Part shown: piece after piece, positions 38,156 to 50,861 of the stretch
Numbering within the stretch: position 1 is the first letter of the stretch
How the letters are laid out: every line of letters starts with the position of its first letter
Assembly (NCBI GenBank): GCA_043228905.1
Contig: JBHGNT010000008.1
Span: forward strand, 7,874,001-7,938,000
Length of the DNA stretch: 64,000 bases
Direction: 5' to 3'
Source: Azolla caroliniana
Taxonomy: Eukaryota > Plantae > Polypodiophyta
Position numbers and translations under genes: made by a program
Notes under the pieces: model-generated
What the model was told of the DNA's origin: nothing
Databases searched by the model: none
The model's input: only the letters and a program-made list of their open reading frames with translations

Positions 38156-41100
38156 TGTTGAGAATCAACGCTCCGATTCACCTTCACCGCTCGGCCACAA
38201 CCGAGAAATCACGAATCAATGCAGCAGAAAATAGGAAACACAGAGAAAGACACGATAACACAGGGATTAACGTGGAAAACCCTATACGGGAAAAACCACG
38301 GGAGTGCAAGACTCCAAACCAAAACTATGCACAGAGAAATATACAATGGCGAGCTGCAAGGCGACGACCTTGAGCTCGCTATCCTCGCCACAGGCGGCGG
38401 TATTACACAGAGGCGTCGACCTCTCCCTCTCTCACGCTCTATCTCTCTCACGGCTGCTCTCTCTTCACTCCTCTTGAGTGGAAAAACAGAAAAATGAGTA
38501 GCGACATAAAACTGTTTGCCCTAAGTCATATTTATACACATATGACTTAGGGCTATTTACAACTATAGCCTCAAGGGCCCTTGGCAAACATATTCACAGA
38601 TATGTCCCCACATCCAGATCTCTCTCCGGGTACATTCGTCATCCGGCTCCGAAGCCGGGGTCTTCATCATCCGGTTCCGAAACCGCAACCGGGCTTGTCG
38701 TCATTCATCTCCGACATCCGACCATCCCATCCAAAAGGGACCGTAATCCCAACAAACTCCCCCTTCACTTCGGCATGGGATGTCTCTCCAATCCGATCCT
38801 CTTCCGGCATGCTTCCAGCTTGTCGGGTGTGAGCACCTTGGTCAGCATATCCGACCCGTTCTCGTCCGTGTGGATCTTCGTCAGCACGAACTCCTTGTCT
38901 TCTATCCTTTCCCGTATCCAGTGATATCTTCGCTGGATGTGCTTCGTCCGGGAGTGATATGCCGCGTTCTTCGCAAGGTGGATTGCACTCTGACTGTCGC
39001 AGTAGAGTCGGTACTCCTGCTGCCGGATACCGAGCTCTCTAATGAAGTCCTTCATCCATATTATTTCCTTGCCGGCTTCAACAGCCGCCATGTACTCCGC
39101 CTCCGTGGTTGACAACGCAACCGTCTTCTGCAGCCTCGACTGCCATGAAATAGCTCCCCCTGCATACGTCATCACATACCCTGATGTGGACCGGCTGGTA
39201 TCTGCATCAGCCGACATATCCGAATCGGTGAAGCCGTCGAGTTCGGGCTTACCGGAGCCGAATCGGAGGCACACGTTTGCCGTGCCCTTCAGGTATCGGA
39301 GTATCCATTTGACCGCGTTCCAATGCTCTTTGCCGGGATTGCTCATGTACCGGCTCACCACTCCGACTGCATATCCTATGTCCGGTCGGGTACACACCAT
39401 TGCGTACATCAAGCTCCCGACGGCAGAGGCATATGGTACTTTCATCATGTCCTCCTTCTCAGCCTTTGTCTTGGGGCTTTGCTTGCTGGACAGCTTGCAG
39501 TTTGCCGGGAGTGTCGACCCGACCGGTCTTGCTTCCGACATGTTGAACCGGTGAAGCACCTTTGTCACGTACTTCTCCTGTGACAACCACAACTGCTTCT
39601 TCTTCCAGTCCCGGATGATGTGCATCCCTAGTATTTGCCTCGCCGGACCCAGGTCCTTCATTGAGAAGGTTCGGTGAAGAGCCTTCTTCAGCATCCGTAT
39701 CTTGGCCTGGTCCCGTCCGACGATCAACATGTCGTCCACGTACAGGAGGAGTATTAGAAAGTCTCCTCCTTCGAACTTCTTCACAAACACGCAGTGATCG
39801 GACTGCGTTTTGTGGTACCCTTCGTCTGTCATGAAGGAGTCGAACTTCCGGTACCATTGCCGGGGAGCCTGCTTCAGACCGTAGAGGCTCTTCTTCAACC
39901 GGCATACCAGGTGCTCCTTCCCTTTCTTCTCGAATCCTTCAGGTTGCTGCATGTAGATCTCTTCTTCGAGGTCACCGTGAAGGAATGCCGTCTTCACGTC
40001 CATCTGTTCTACCTCGAGGTCCATGCTTGCCGCTATGCTCAGCACCGTCCGGATGGAGGTCATCTTCACTACCGGGGCAAATATCTCGTCGAAGTCGACG
40101 CCCTTCTTCTGCTGAAACCCCTTCACCACGATCCTGGCTTTGTATCTCGGGGGGTTTCCGGCATCTTCCGGTTTCAGCTTGAACACCCACTTGTTACGGA
40201 GTGCCCGTTTTCCTTTCGGCAACTCCACAAGTTCATATGTGTGGTTCTCATGCAGGGAATCCATCTCCTCCTGCATAGCACTTAACCACCTGCGGCTATG
40301 GGTGTCATGCTTCGCTTCTTCAAAGCTCTCCGGCTCCCCCTCGTCGGTTAGCAGCACGTGCTCTGGTTCCGGAAATCTCCGGGGAGCCCTTCTCTCTCTT
40401 AGAGGATATCTCCGTTCCGGAGCTTTGGTAACCGGTTCTTCCGATTCTTCTTCATCCGAATCCATTTCGGGATCGGGGCCGGTTCCGGTATCATTTTCCT
40501 CTTCTTCGGCCGGTTCTGTTTCTTCACCGTCTTCGGCCGGATCTTCGAGTGTTAACCGGTCCCTTGCCGGTCGGGACTGCTCCTCGTAGAGTTGATTCTC
40601 ACCGGCGACTTGGAGCTCTTCATCTTCTTCTCCGACTCCTAGTCGACGAGTGTCTTGTCCTCCATGAAGATGATATCTCGACTCCTGAATATCTTCTTGT
40701 CGACCGGGTCCCATACTCGGTAGCCGAACTCGTCGTCGCCGTAACCGAGGAATATGCATGGCCGGGTCTTTGGATCTAACTTTCCTCTCCGGTCCTTTGC
40801 CACATGCACGTATGCGAGACACCCGAACACCTTCAGATGCCGGTAGGATACTTCCCTACCGGTCCACACTCTCTGCGGCGTGTCTCCGTCCAAAGGTACT
40901 GAGGGTGATCTGTTTATCACGTATGTCGCCGTCGACATTGCCTCAGCCCAAAACCCCTTGGGTAATTCCGCATGCGCCAGCATACTCCGGACCCTCTCCA
41001 TTATGGTCCGGTTCATCCTCTTGGCCAGCCCGTTCAGTTCCGGCGTCTTCGGCACAATAAACTCGAGCCGGATTCCCTTCGAGCGACAGTACTCCGCGAA

Positions 41101-43467
41101 CTGCCCCCGGTATTCCCCTCCGTTATCCGCTCGTATCGCTTTCAGCTTCTTGCCGGATTCCCTTTCCACTCTCGCGTGGAGTTCTTTGAAGACGCACAAC
41201 ACTTGGTCCTTTGTCTTCAACGGTGCCGTCCACAGCTTCCGGCTGTGATCATCAATGAATGTTACGAAGTACTGGGCTCCACCATGTGACTTCGTTTCTA
41301 CCTGACACACATCGGTGTGCACCAACTCCAATGGTGCGCCACGTCTCGTCGGTGGCCTTGAGTGGAAGGAGGTTCGGTTTTGCTTACCGGCCAGGCAATC
41401 GGTGCACTTCTCCAGGTGCACACGCTTCACTGGAATAAGGTTGTCTTCTGCAAGCCTCTTCATCCCCGTCTCACTCATGTGGCACAGTCTCTTGTGCCAC
41501 AGCTCACCGGCAGTGTCGGCTGCCACGTTCAACTCTTCCGGACACAACCGGGCATTCATAAGGTACAGTGTGTTGACTTTCCGGGCCCGAGCCACTATCA
41601 GGCTCCCCTTGCTGAACTTCATTACGCCGTTCCGGATCCTACCTGTGTAGCCTTCATCGTCTAGCCTCCCGGCCGAAATCAGGTTCAATCGAACCTCCGG
41701 AACGTGTCGGACATCCTTCAGCAACATTTTTTATCCGGTCGAGGTTGTCAACCACACGTCTCCTATACCGGCAATCCGGCACGTACCTTCATTTCCCATC
41801 CGAACACAGCCATGCTCACCGACTGTGTAGGATGAGAAGTATCTTCTCTCCGGGGTCAGGTGGAACGATGCCCCGGAATCGACCACCCAGGTCGTCTCAT
41901 CGCCGGCAATGTTTAGTTCACCTTCTTCGGTGATGAGCATGATTTCTTCCTCACTTGCCGCGAGTGCCGTCGTTCCTTTCCGGTCCTGCCCTCGCCGATC
42001 CGGACCTCTCCGGCCAGTGGCTCCCCGGTATGCACCGTTTCTCTCCGGTGACTTCTTCGAATCGGTGTCGTCGGCTCCGTTGTCCTTTCGGTAATGCCGA
42101 CAATTCTTCCGGAAGTGCCCCGGCTTCCCACAGTGGAAGCATGTGGGTCTTCCTCTTGACTGCGACCGGGTCCCCGACTTCTCCCGTCTTTGCGGACTCC
42201 GGTTCCATTGTCTTCCCCGTTCCGATTCGGTAAGCAGCGACTTCGAGTCGGAGGCCGGTTCTTTATCTCTCCGATGCGCTTCTTCGTTCAAAATACTTGT
42301 CTTTACCCTTTGTACGGACAAGTTATCTTCCGTGCAGGAGGTGCTGAGAGTCACCACCAAGTTCTCCCAGCTTTCCGGCAATGTACACATCAGAATGATG
42401 GCTTGCATTGCATCCTCCAGCGGGAACTTGATCGCCGCAAGCTGGTTCACGAATCCCATGAACGTGCTTACGTGTTCCACCATACTCTCGCCGTCCCGGT
42501 ACTTGAGGTTCACTATCTTCCTCATCGGGGAGGTCCGGTTCAACGCATTCTTCCTCTCGTAGGGGCCCGACAGCTTCCGCCACATCTCATATGCGTTGAT
42601 GTCGTTCGCCACATGTTGTAGAACGCTCACGTCGACGTATTGCCGAATGGTTGCAACGGCTTTCCGGTTCAGAAGCCTCCATTCCTACTCAAGTACCCCC
42701 TTCGGTATTTCCGACCTGTCAATCGGTTCGTACAGGTCCCGAACAATCAGAAGATCCTCCATCTTGATCTTCCAGTCGGCGTAATTCTGCGCATTCAGCA
42801 CCATCATCCCCGGCTGCCCGCTGCCGCCGCCTTCCATTTTCTGCAGCAGCCTCGCTCTGATACCACTTTGTTGAGAATCAACGCTCTGATTCACCTTCAC
42901 CGCTCGGCCACAACCGAGAAATCACGAATCAATGCAGCAGAAAATAGGAAACACAGAGAAAGACACGATAACACAGGGATTAACGTGGAAAACCCTATAC
43001 GGGAAAAACCACGGGAGTGCAAGACTCCAAACCAAAACTATGCACAGAGAAATATACAATGGCGAGCTGCAAGGCGACGACCTTGAGCTCGCTATCCTCG
43101 CCACAGGCGGCGGTATTACACAGAGGCGTCGACCTCTCCCTCTCTCACGCTCTATCTCTCTCACGGCTGCTCTCTCTTCACTCCTCTTGAGTGGAAAAAC
43201 AGAAAAATGAGTAGCGACATAAAACTGTTTGCCCTAAGTCATATTTATACACATATGACTTAGGGCTATTTACAACTATAGCCTCAAGGGCCCTTGGCAA
43301 ACATATTCACAGATATGTCCCCGCATCCGGATCTCTCTCCGGGTACATTCGTCATCCGGCTCCGAAGCAGGGGTCTTCATCATCCGGTTCCGAAACCGCA
43401 ACCGGGCTTGTCGTCATTCATCTCCGACATCCGACCATCCCATCCGAAAGGGACCGTAATCCCAACA
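38156..43467 (-). mobile_element. Copia D: young full-length Ty1/copia inside the outer gypsy 5' LTR
   Basis: Perfect TSD AGGGA. 599-bp LTRs at 38156-38754 and 42869-43467 with about 5 differences seen. PBS(iMet) at 42854-42865, PPT at 38757-38764. Confidence 0.97.
38765..42837 (-). pseudogene. Copia D gag-pol
   Basis: Gag, CCHC, DSGAS protease, integrase, YVDD RT and RNase H. Stops at 42685, 41731 and 40639, plus a frameshift near 40600. Confidence 0.93.
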
Positions 43468-43560
43468 AGGGACAGGGAATAAAGCGATTTGACTAGGGAA
43501 GAACGGTCTCCCCTTTGCGAACTATTTAAGGAGGAAGAGAAGGGAGAAAAGGGATCGCGT

Positions 43561-46500
43561 TGTCGCGTTGTTACGCCCGTACGTGTAGAAAGGGGCGGGA
43601 CCACGGGGGTCTTGGACCGAGGGGCGAGAGAGAGAGAGACAGAGAGAGAGATTCACCGACACGTAGAAGCGAGAAAGAGAGATATAGAACGTAACACTTA
43701 ATTATAATGGCAAGAGATAATTTACAAACTCCGACAGTTACAACCAACAAAGCGGCGACGGGCCCGACACGGGGACCCTACTCACGCACACCGACGACAG
43801 TCACAGGACTCAAAGAAACAAAAGGGGAAAGGGAGAGACTCTGCTGGAAGCACACGGGCTGTCCATGAAGTAGAGGCAGCGACCTCCCGACAGCCGCAGA
43901 GAGCGACGATCCTAGTCGAAGAGAGAGCTCCGCCTTCTGTTCTGCAGCAACACTTTTCTTCCTCCTCGCGCGCGATACCCGTTTTCCCTTGTCCTCTTTC
44001 CTTTATTCCCTGTCCCTCTTTCCTTTATTCCCTGTCCCTCTGATCGGGATATGCACAATCCCCCCTTATAAAATGCGCGTGGCTTAGTATTTACATCCAC
44101 CGGTTCGTGTACAAAATATCAAGTCACGCGTCCATCCGTGTAAGGGTCGGATTACGCGCTTTCTCTCTGATTCCGCCTATGGCCGGTTTTCTTCATGACA
44201 TCCACCCCCACCAAAGCACGCATCCACCGGTATGCGCCAGAGACGGGTAGATATTGAAGAAACCCGGCGTCACTCGTTGCTCTCCGATTCTCCGCCGGAC
44301 CCGAACTGATTGTCGTTGTCGCTCCGGCTCGCAGGCTCCGGCTCGTCTTCGAACCGCTTTTTGAAAGATTTGATTCGCTTTCCGGCCACCGGCACCGCTA
44401 ACTGTGTCCCTTCGAGTTCCGCGAGGTGGTACGTGCCATTGCCGTTTGCGCTCGTCACCATGTAGGGCCTGAACCATCTCCTACCAAACATTCGCACCGC
44501 CTTGTGCTGATTGTCGAGGCTGCTGTCGTATACCAAGACCCAGTCGCCTTCCTCGATCTTCTTTGGTTGCAACTGGTGCGTCCGGTTGAACTGGGTCTTG
44601 TTCCGCTCCCTTGCCGCTCGCAGCTTTTCCTCCGCCTGTATCACGTCCTCCAGCCTCCGCTCGAGTTGCCGAATCCGCGCCGCCAGCAACTCCTCCCGGC
44701 TCATTTCGTCCTTCCAATCTACCGCCGCCCACGAAGAAACTGTCCGTTCCACCGGCATGATCGGCTTTTGTCCATACATTAGCTCTGCCGGCATAAACCC
44801 TGTCACCGAACTATGCGTAGTCCGGTCCGCCCATAGCATGCACGCACCAACGCCTTTACAATCAGTCCGTGCCCGCATTCCACCTTTCCGTTCGCCTCCA
44901 GATTGTACACCGTGGTGAGGGAGAGTTTGACACCTAGCCGGTCGAACAACTCCTCGGCCTCCCGCGCATTCAGCTCTCCCCGGTCTGCCACGATCCTCCC
45001 GACGCACCCGTACCGACACACTACTTCTTCGATCAGGAACCGGCATACCGCAGCGGTTGTCTTGCTTTGCAGTGCACGGCCTTCCACCTGGCTCGTTAAG
45101 TCTTCCCATGCAAGCACCAAGTATCGCATCTGTCTTACCCCCATCGGCATCGTCACCAAGTCCACCATCCACTTGAAATGGACCGTAGGCGGGTAGGTCG
45201 GGTGACGCTCGTCCCGGTGTCGGACTACAGAGTGTATCTGACAGCTTTTGCAAGTCGTTACGAACCGATGCATGTCCTAGTATAGCCCCAGCCACCAGTA
45301 CTTCTCCTTCAGCTTCTCGAACGTGGCCCACGTTCTGTGGTGTCCGGCCCATGGGCTCTCGTGGAATGCCGCCAATAGTTTCCCCTGTTCTTCTTTCTTT
45401 GCCACTACTCGGAGTGGGATGCTGCTTCTCTTCTTTGGGTGTTTCCATATGCACCCGTCCCGTAGGAAGAATCGGTACGCCTTCCTCCGTATCCGGCTCG
45501 CCTCCTCTCTCGCCCATGCTGCGTCCGGCGTCATCGTCCGTAGGAACCGCCCGATTTGGAGCCACTCCTCGTCGTACCTACTTTCGTCAAATTCGTTAAG
45601 CGCTGGAGTGTTCCCTTCCCTCGTCGTTACATTAGCCGACCTGAAGAAGTCCTCGCCGACTTCTTCGTCTTCCGAAACCATGCCGTCTTCGTCATTGAAC
45701 CTTGCCCTCGAAAGCATGTTGGCCATGGCATTGTCCTTTCCGGAGATGTGCCGTATCTCCGGGTTCAGGGACTTAATGTACGCTATCCACCGGAGCATTG
45801 CTAGGTCCGGCGTCGCGCATCCGGAAACCATGCCGAGTATCGGCAGGCAGTTCGTCTCGATAATCACCTCCGTCCCGATCAGATAATCCTTGTCGGCCTT
45901 GATTGCCGAAATGACACCCCAAAGTTCGCGCTTAACTTGGGCGTACCCTCGCTGCCGCTCGCTCAATACCTTTGCCCCGAACCGGACCGGGAATTGTATG
46001 CCACCCTTGTCCTCCTGACTGATTACCTAGCCGATCCCGGTTGGGCTGGTGTCCACCGTTACGCAGATGGGAACATCCTTGCCGTACACCCCTTTACGGA
46101 GAGCCGGCGCTGCCGTAAGCGCCTCCTTTAGTCTCCGAACCGACTCCGTGTGCTCCGTCCTCCACTCAAAGCTATGCCCCTTTTTCAATAGTCCGTAGAG
46201 GGGTTCTGCAACATGTGCGTAGTGCGGGATCCAGATGTGCTAGAACGTGCATGCCTCGAAGAATCTGCGGACCTCCGTGACCGACCCGCAAACGTTCCTC
46301 ATCGCGGAGATGGCCTCTACCTTTGCCAGAGACGGTTTCCTACCGTAAGGCCCGCACTGGTGTCCGACCACCAAGATCTCCGACTGTCCGAAGGCCGACT
46401 TTTCCCTAGAGAAGGTGAGCCTCGCGCGCTCTAGTCTCTACAGCACCTTCTCGCAGTCATTGATGTGGGACGCCACGAAATTCCGACATCCGTCCGGCCC

Positions 46501-49500
46501 GATTGCCTCGTCCCTTTTCTCCACCAGGCATCCCTTGATCGGGATCTCGTCTAAGAACGGCATGGTGATGTCCGGGATACAATCCCTGAGCACTTTGTTC
46601 ATCGCGTTCACCATGTGAGCCACTGAGTTCGTCCCTCCTTGTGGCAGGGTACACATCCGCACCAGGCCGAGAGGAGTCCGCATCATCGTAATGTCTCTGC
46701 TCTCCACGGCTAGTTGGAACTGATCGTACCCCAAGTACAGATCACCGACAGAATAGATCGACCTTCCAGCGAAGGCCTCCGCGAACTCGTCTATGGTCGG
46801 TCTGATCCCTGCATTACGGATGGTCACCTTGTTGACCAGTTGTAGGTCCTGGATGAAGCGCAACGTGCTGTTCTTCTTCGGCACCGTAAACCACCAATTC
46901 GAGTACGGGGCACTCGACGGTTTGAGGACGCCCATCTCCACCTTTTGCTTTAGGAGCTCCATCAACTTCGGGATGTAAGCTCTTGGCACCGGAATCGGCT
47001 TGAGATTCCACGGTACATGCGGTACCGTGAAGATCACCATCAGTTCGACAACTATCGGGTCTACGCACCCGATATTCTCCGGTGAGAATGCGAAAGCCTT
47101 CTCGTGCCTCCCGAGCATTCTCCGAAACCGGTCCTCCTCCGCCGGCAGTAGGAAGTCGCCCCCACCGACCTTGAGCTCCCGTAGCGTTATGTCGGTGAAC
47201 CGGTGCCGTATGCTAGCCGGATTTCGTAAACTTGGGACCGACACGACCCCTTTTATCCGCTCCTCGCTGCCCTCCGGCAAGGGTGCCGCGACTGGCCTCA
47301 CCTTCTGGTCCACAGTCTTGTATTTCGTATCCACGCGGGCCGTCCGATCCGACCCGATCCTTTCCCCAAAGTCTGCGATGACTTCGTACATTCCCATTGA
47401 CCCCACCGGAATGGTCCAATCTTCCCTAAGGTCTTCACCGATCACCTTTCGTAGTTCGCCCAAGGTGTCGTCAAAAGAGACCGCTTCCACGGCGCCGCTG
47501 ATGTCCTCGTCGGGGAAGAGGACTCTACATCCCCTGAGCCGCTCCCCCGCTCGCTTGCTCTCCCGGCCGTTGACGCCAGTCATAGTACAACCTCCGTAGT
47601 CGGAGAACCAAGACTTCCTACCAATGGTACAAGTCTTCTTCCGTACTGTACATTTGTGGGGTTGTTCCCGGGAGTTCGGACTATCGCGGCCCCACGCCTG
47701 GATAGCCCTCCCTAAAAATCCCCTCGGGTTTCGCTGCCGAGGGCCTCGCGATTACGCTCGTGGTTTGGTCGCACCGTTAGGAACTGGACCGAGTGACGCC
47801 CGTCCTGGATTTTGACTCTTGCATAGGCTGAACCGTTGTCCAACACCTTGGTCTCCATCCGTGCTGCCGTGATATATGGCTCTCCTAGTATAACCGGATG
47901 CGAGGACGTCTCCTGCACGAAGAAGTGCTGGTCGATCTCGACATCGCCGATTTTCACCCGTACGTTCGGACCGGCCCCAAGTAGTTCTTCCATGGCGCGC
48001 GTCGCTGCCCGTATCTTCCAGCCATGCTTGGTGTTGATCGGCCATTTACCCTTCTTGTAGAAATCCATGGACATCTGGTTGATTTCGGATCCATGGTCCC
48101 AACACCACCACCGGTTCCAGAACGTTGCCGATCTGTACAGGGGTTTCCGTAGTCGCCTTGGCCCAATGCGGCTTCGTGTAGTGGCTTCCCGCCAGCTCAT
48201 CTTCCAAGGCTCCGTCTTCTAGGTGCGTGGTCCGCACTTCCACCGGCTTCTCCGGTTCCGGCTCCGTCGAGAGCCTCTTCCCCTTCACCAAATCTACGAT
48301 AGAGTCGTGGAACTCCCTCTTGGCGATTCCCAGCACCTCCTGCAATGACAACTCCACTTTGCTGTAGAGGATACGTTCCTCCAAGACCTTTCGCAAGTCT
48401 GTGGTCCTTTCGATCTCGGTGCTCAACCGAAACCCTGCCTCCTTCTTTCCGTCTGGTGCGCCCGGGTTGCCGGCACGGATCGGTTTCGGTCCGAACTGGG
48501 TCTCATACCTCGGGGGGCCAACCCCTCCGGCCTTTCCTGCCCGTTTGTCCTCCACCAGAAGCTCATAGTTCTGGCAAGCGGCTTCTACGAAGCCCGTGTT
48601 CTCTTCGACCGAATCGTCCCAACCGGTGACCTCCTAGACTCGCTGTTCCGCGCGGTCTGCCTCTTCCTTCCTCAGCCGAACTCCGGAGAGGCCTTCTAGC
48701 ACTAGCGGGCAGAATCCGGAGTCCTTCGCCTTTCGGGTCTCATCACCCCCGACCCGAATTCCCGCCGATATTGAGTAGTTAACGGCTTCGACGTGCAGTG
48801 CCGCGGCCTCTTCCATCAATCTCTTCATTCCGCCGCGCCCCGTATTCAGTTCCAGGGCTCTCCGGGTCTCGCTCGTGTGCACCCGTCCGTTCCAGAGGTA
48901 CAACACGTTGGTCCTGAGCGCGTCGGAGAAATCCGCGCAATCCCTCCGAATGTGACTGATCGGGTCACACCACATGCACCGCTGCCTCTTCGGGCCTGTG
49001 CGATCTGCAGGTCGCGCACCATCTCTGTTAGCTCCTCGAGAACCGCTCCTCTGGATAGGTCTCTGACCACGTCGTTCGATGCCGACCCCGACTCCGGCCA
49101 GATTTGGGTCTCTTCCTTCCTCCCAGTCGGCACCAAAACCGGCTCCTCAAGCCTCCTCCCCGGAACCGGCTCCGACCCCGACGTCCTTCTGTCGCTCCAA
49201 TCGCGCCGTTTGTCGAAACGGATGCAAACCCGTTTTACCACGGCCCAGTCCGTCGTGAGCCCTTCGTCCGTTTCCAATAGGGGCCCCACCTTTTCCCTGT
49301 CGAGCGCAACCACCGACTTGACAAACAACAGTACTCGACTTGTTTCGAGCACCGTCCGGTCCAGCGTCGACAACCGCGCGAACCCTTTTCCGGGGCTTTC
49401 CACCCACGCCATGAAGTCCCGCCTTGATAGCCGGAGCGAGTCGTCAAACCCGTACTTCTCGAGGAGCTGCAACTCGAACTCCTCCCAAGTCTGGCATCCG

Positions 49501-50442
49501 GGCAACACCTCGAGCACCTCCGCATGGATGCCCGGCGTCACCACCCGAGGGAATTCGGACAGCTACCTGTGCACCGAGATATCCCTCATGATCATTTCGG
49601 CCCGGTAAGCCTCCAAATAACTTGTGGCGTCTTTCCCTCCGAAACGGCCTATAGATCCGACGATCGATTCAATGGCTCTGTCGAGCGTACCCGTTCCCTC
49701 ACGAGCGCTCACCAGCCGGTCGACGGCCACCGCCATTGCCTCTGCTAGCTCCGATCCCCTCATCTTTCGACTCCTTTGCCGCCCTTTCATGTCGGGTTCA
49801 CCAAATATGTCGCGTTGTTACGGGCGTACGTGTAGAAAGGGGCGGGATCACGGGGGTCTTGGACCGAGGAGCGAGAGAGAGAGAGACAGAGAGAGAGATT
49901 CACCGACACGTAGAAGCGAGAAAGAGAGATATAGAACGCAACACTTAATTATAATGGCAAGATATTACAAACTCCGACAATTACAACCGACAAAGCGGCG
50001 ACGGGCCCGACACGGGGACCCTATTCACGCACACCGACGACATCACACGACTCAAAGAAACAAAAGGGGAAAGGGAGCGACTCTGCTGGAAGCACACGGG
50101 CTGTCCACGAAGTAGAGGCAGCGACCTCCCGACACCCGTAGAGAGCGACGATCCCAGTAAAAGAGAGAGCTCTGCCTTCTGTTCGGCAACAACGCTTTTC
50201 CTCCTTCTCGCGCGCGATACCCGTTTTCCCTTGTCCTCTTTCCTTTATTCCATGTCCCTCTTTCCTTTATTCCCTATCCCTCTGACCGGGATACGCACAA
50301 TCACCCCTTAATAAATGCTCGCGGCTTAGTATTTACATCCACCGGTTCGTGTACAAAATATCAAGTCACGCGTCCATCCGTGTAAGGGCCGGTTTACGCG
50401 CTTTCTCTCCGATTCCGCCTATGGCCGGTTTTCTTCATGACA
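43561..50442 (-). mobile_element. Inner tRNA-Trp-primed Ty3/gypsy, inserted antisense in a relative's 5' LTR
   Basis: LTRs 43561-44200 and 49808-50442 (TG..CA). PBS tggtgaacccgacatgaa at 49786-49803 and PPT at 44201-44210. Decayed gag-PR-RT-RH-IN at 49763-44270. Flanks GCGT/GTGC. Confidence 0.95.
47678..47721 (-). promoter_or_regulatory. Candidate -1 ribosomal frameshift signal (inner gypsy)
   Basis: G_GAT_TTT at 47721-47715, then TAG within a 6-nt spacer, then stem GGGCTATC/GATAGTCC. The -1 frame is open into RT ORF 46438..47583. Confidence 0.7.
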
Positions 50443-50843
50443 GTGCGTTGGCGAGGACGAAGTGTTGCTGTAGAACCAAGTACCGAGCTATCTCTCCTCC
50501 GATCGTCGTTCTTTGTGGGTGTTGGGAGTTGGCTGCCTCTGCTTCGTGGACAGCCCGTGTGCTTCCAGCAGAGGCTCTCCCCCCCTTTTTTTTGTTTCTT
50601 CGATTCGAGTTTCGCGTCGTCTGTGTGCGTGAGTAGGACCTCGTGGCAGGTCCATTACCGGTTTGCCGGTTGTAACTGTTTGAGTTGTAAGCTACGGATT
50701 ATAGTAATCGGATTCCTGTTTCTTGCTCTTGTTTTCCTTTTGTGTATCTGCAACTCTCTCTCTCTCTCTCCCTCTCTCCTTGGTCCAAGACCCCCGTGGT
50801 CCCGCCTCTTCCTACACGCGAACGCGAAACTTCATGACATAAT

Positions 50844-50861
50844 TGGTGAACCCGACGTGAA
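50844..50861 (+). promoter_or_regulatory. Primer binding site complementary to cytosolic tRNA-Trp
   Basis: TGGTGAACCCGACGTGAA lies 4 nt after the LTR end. It is the reverse complement of TTCACGTCGGGTTCA-CCA, the plant tRNA-Trp(CCA) 3' end as recalled. Confidence 0.85.
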
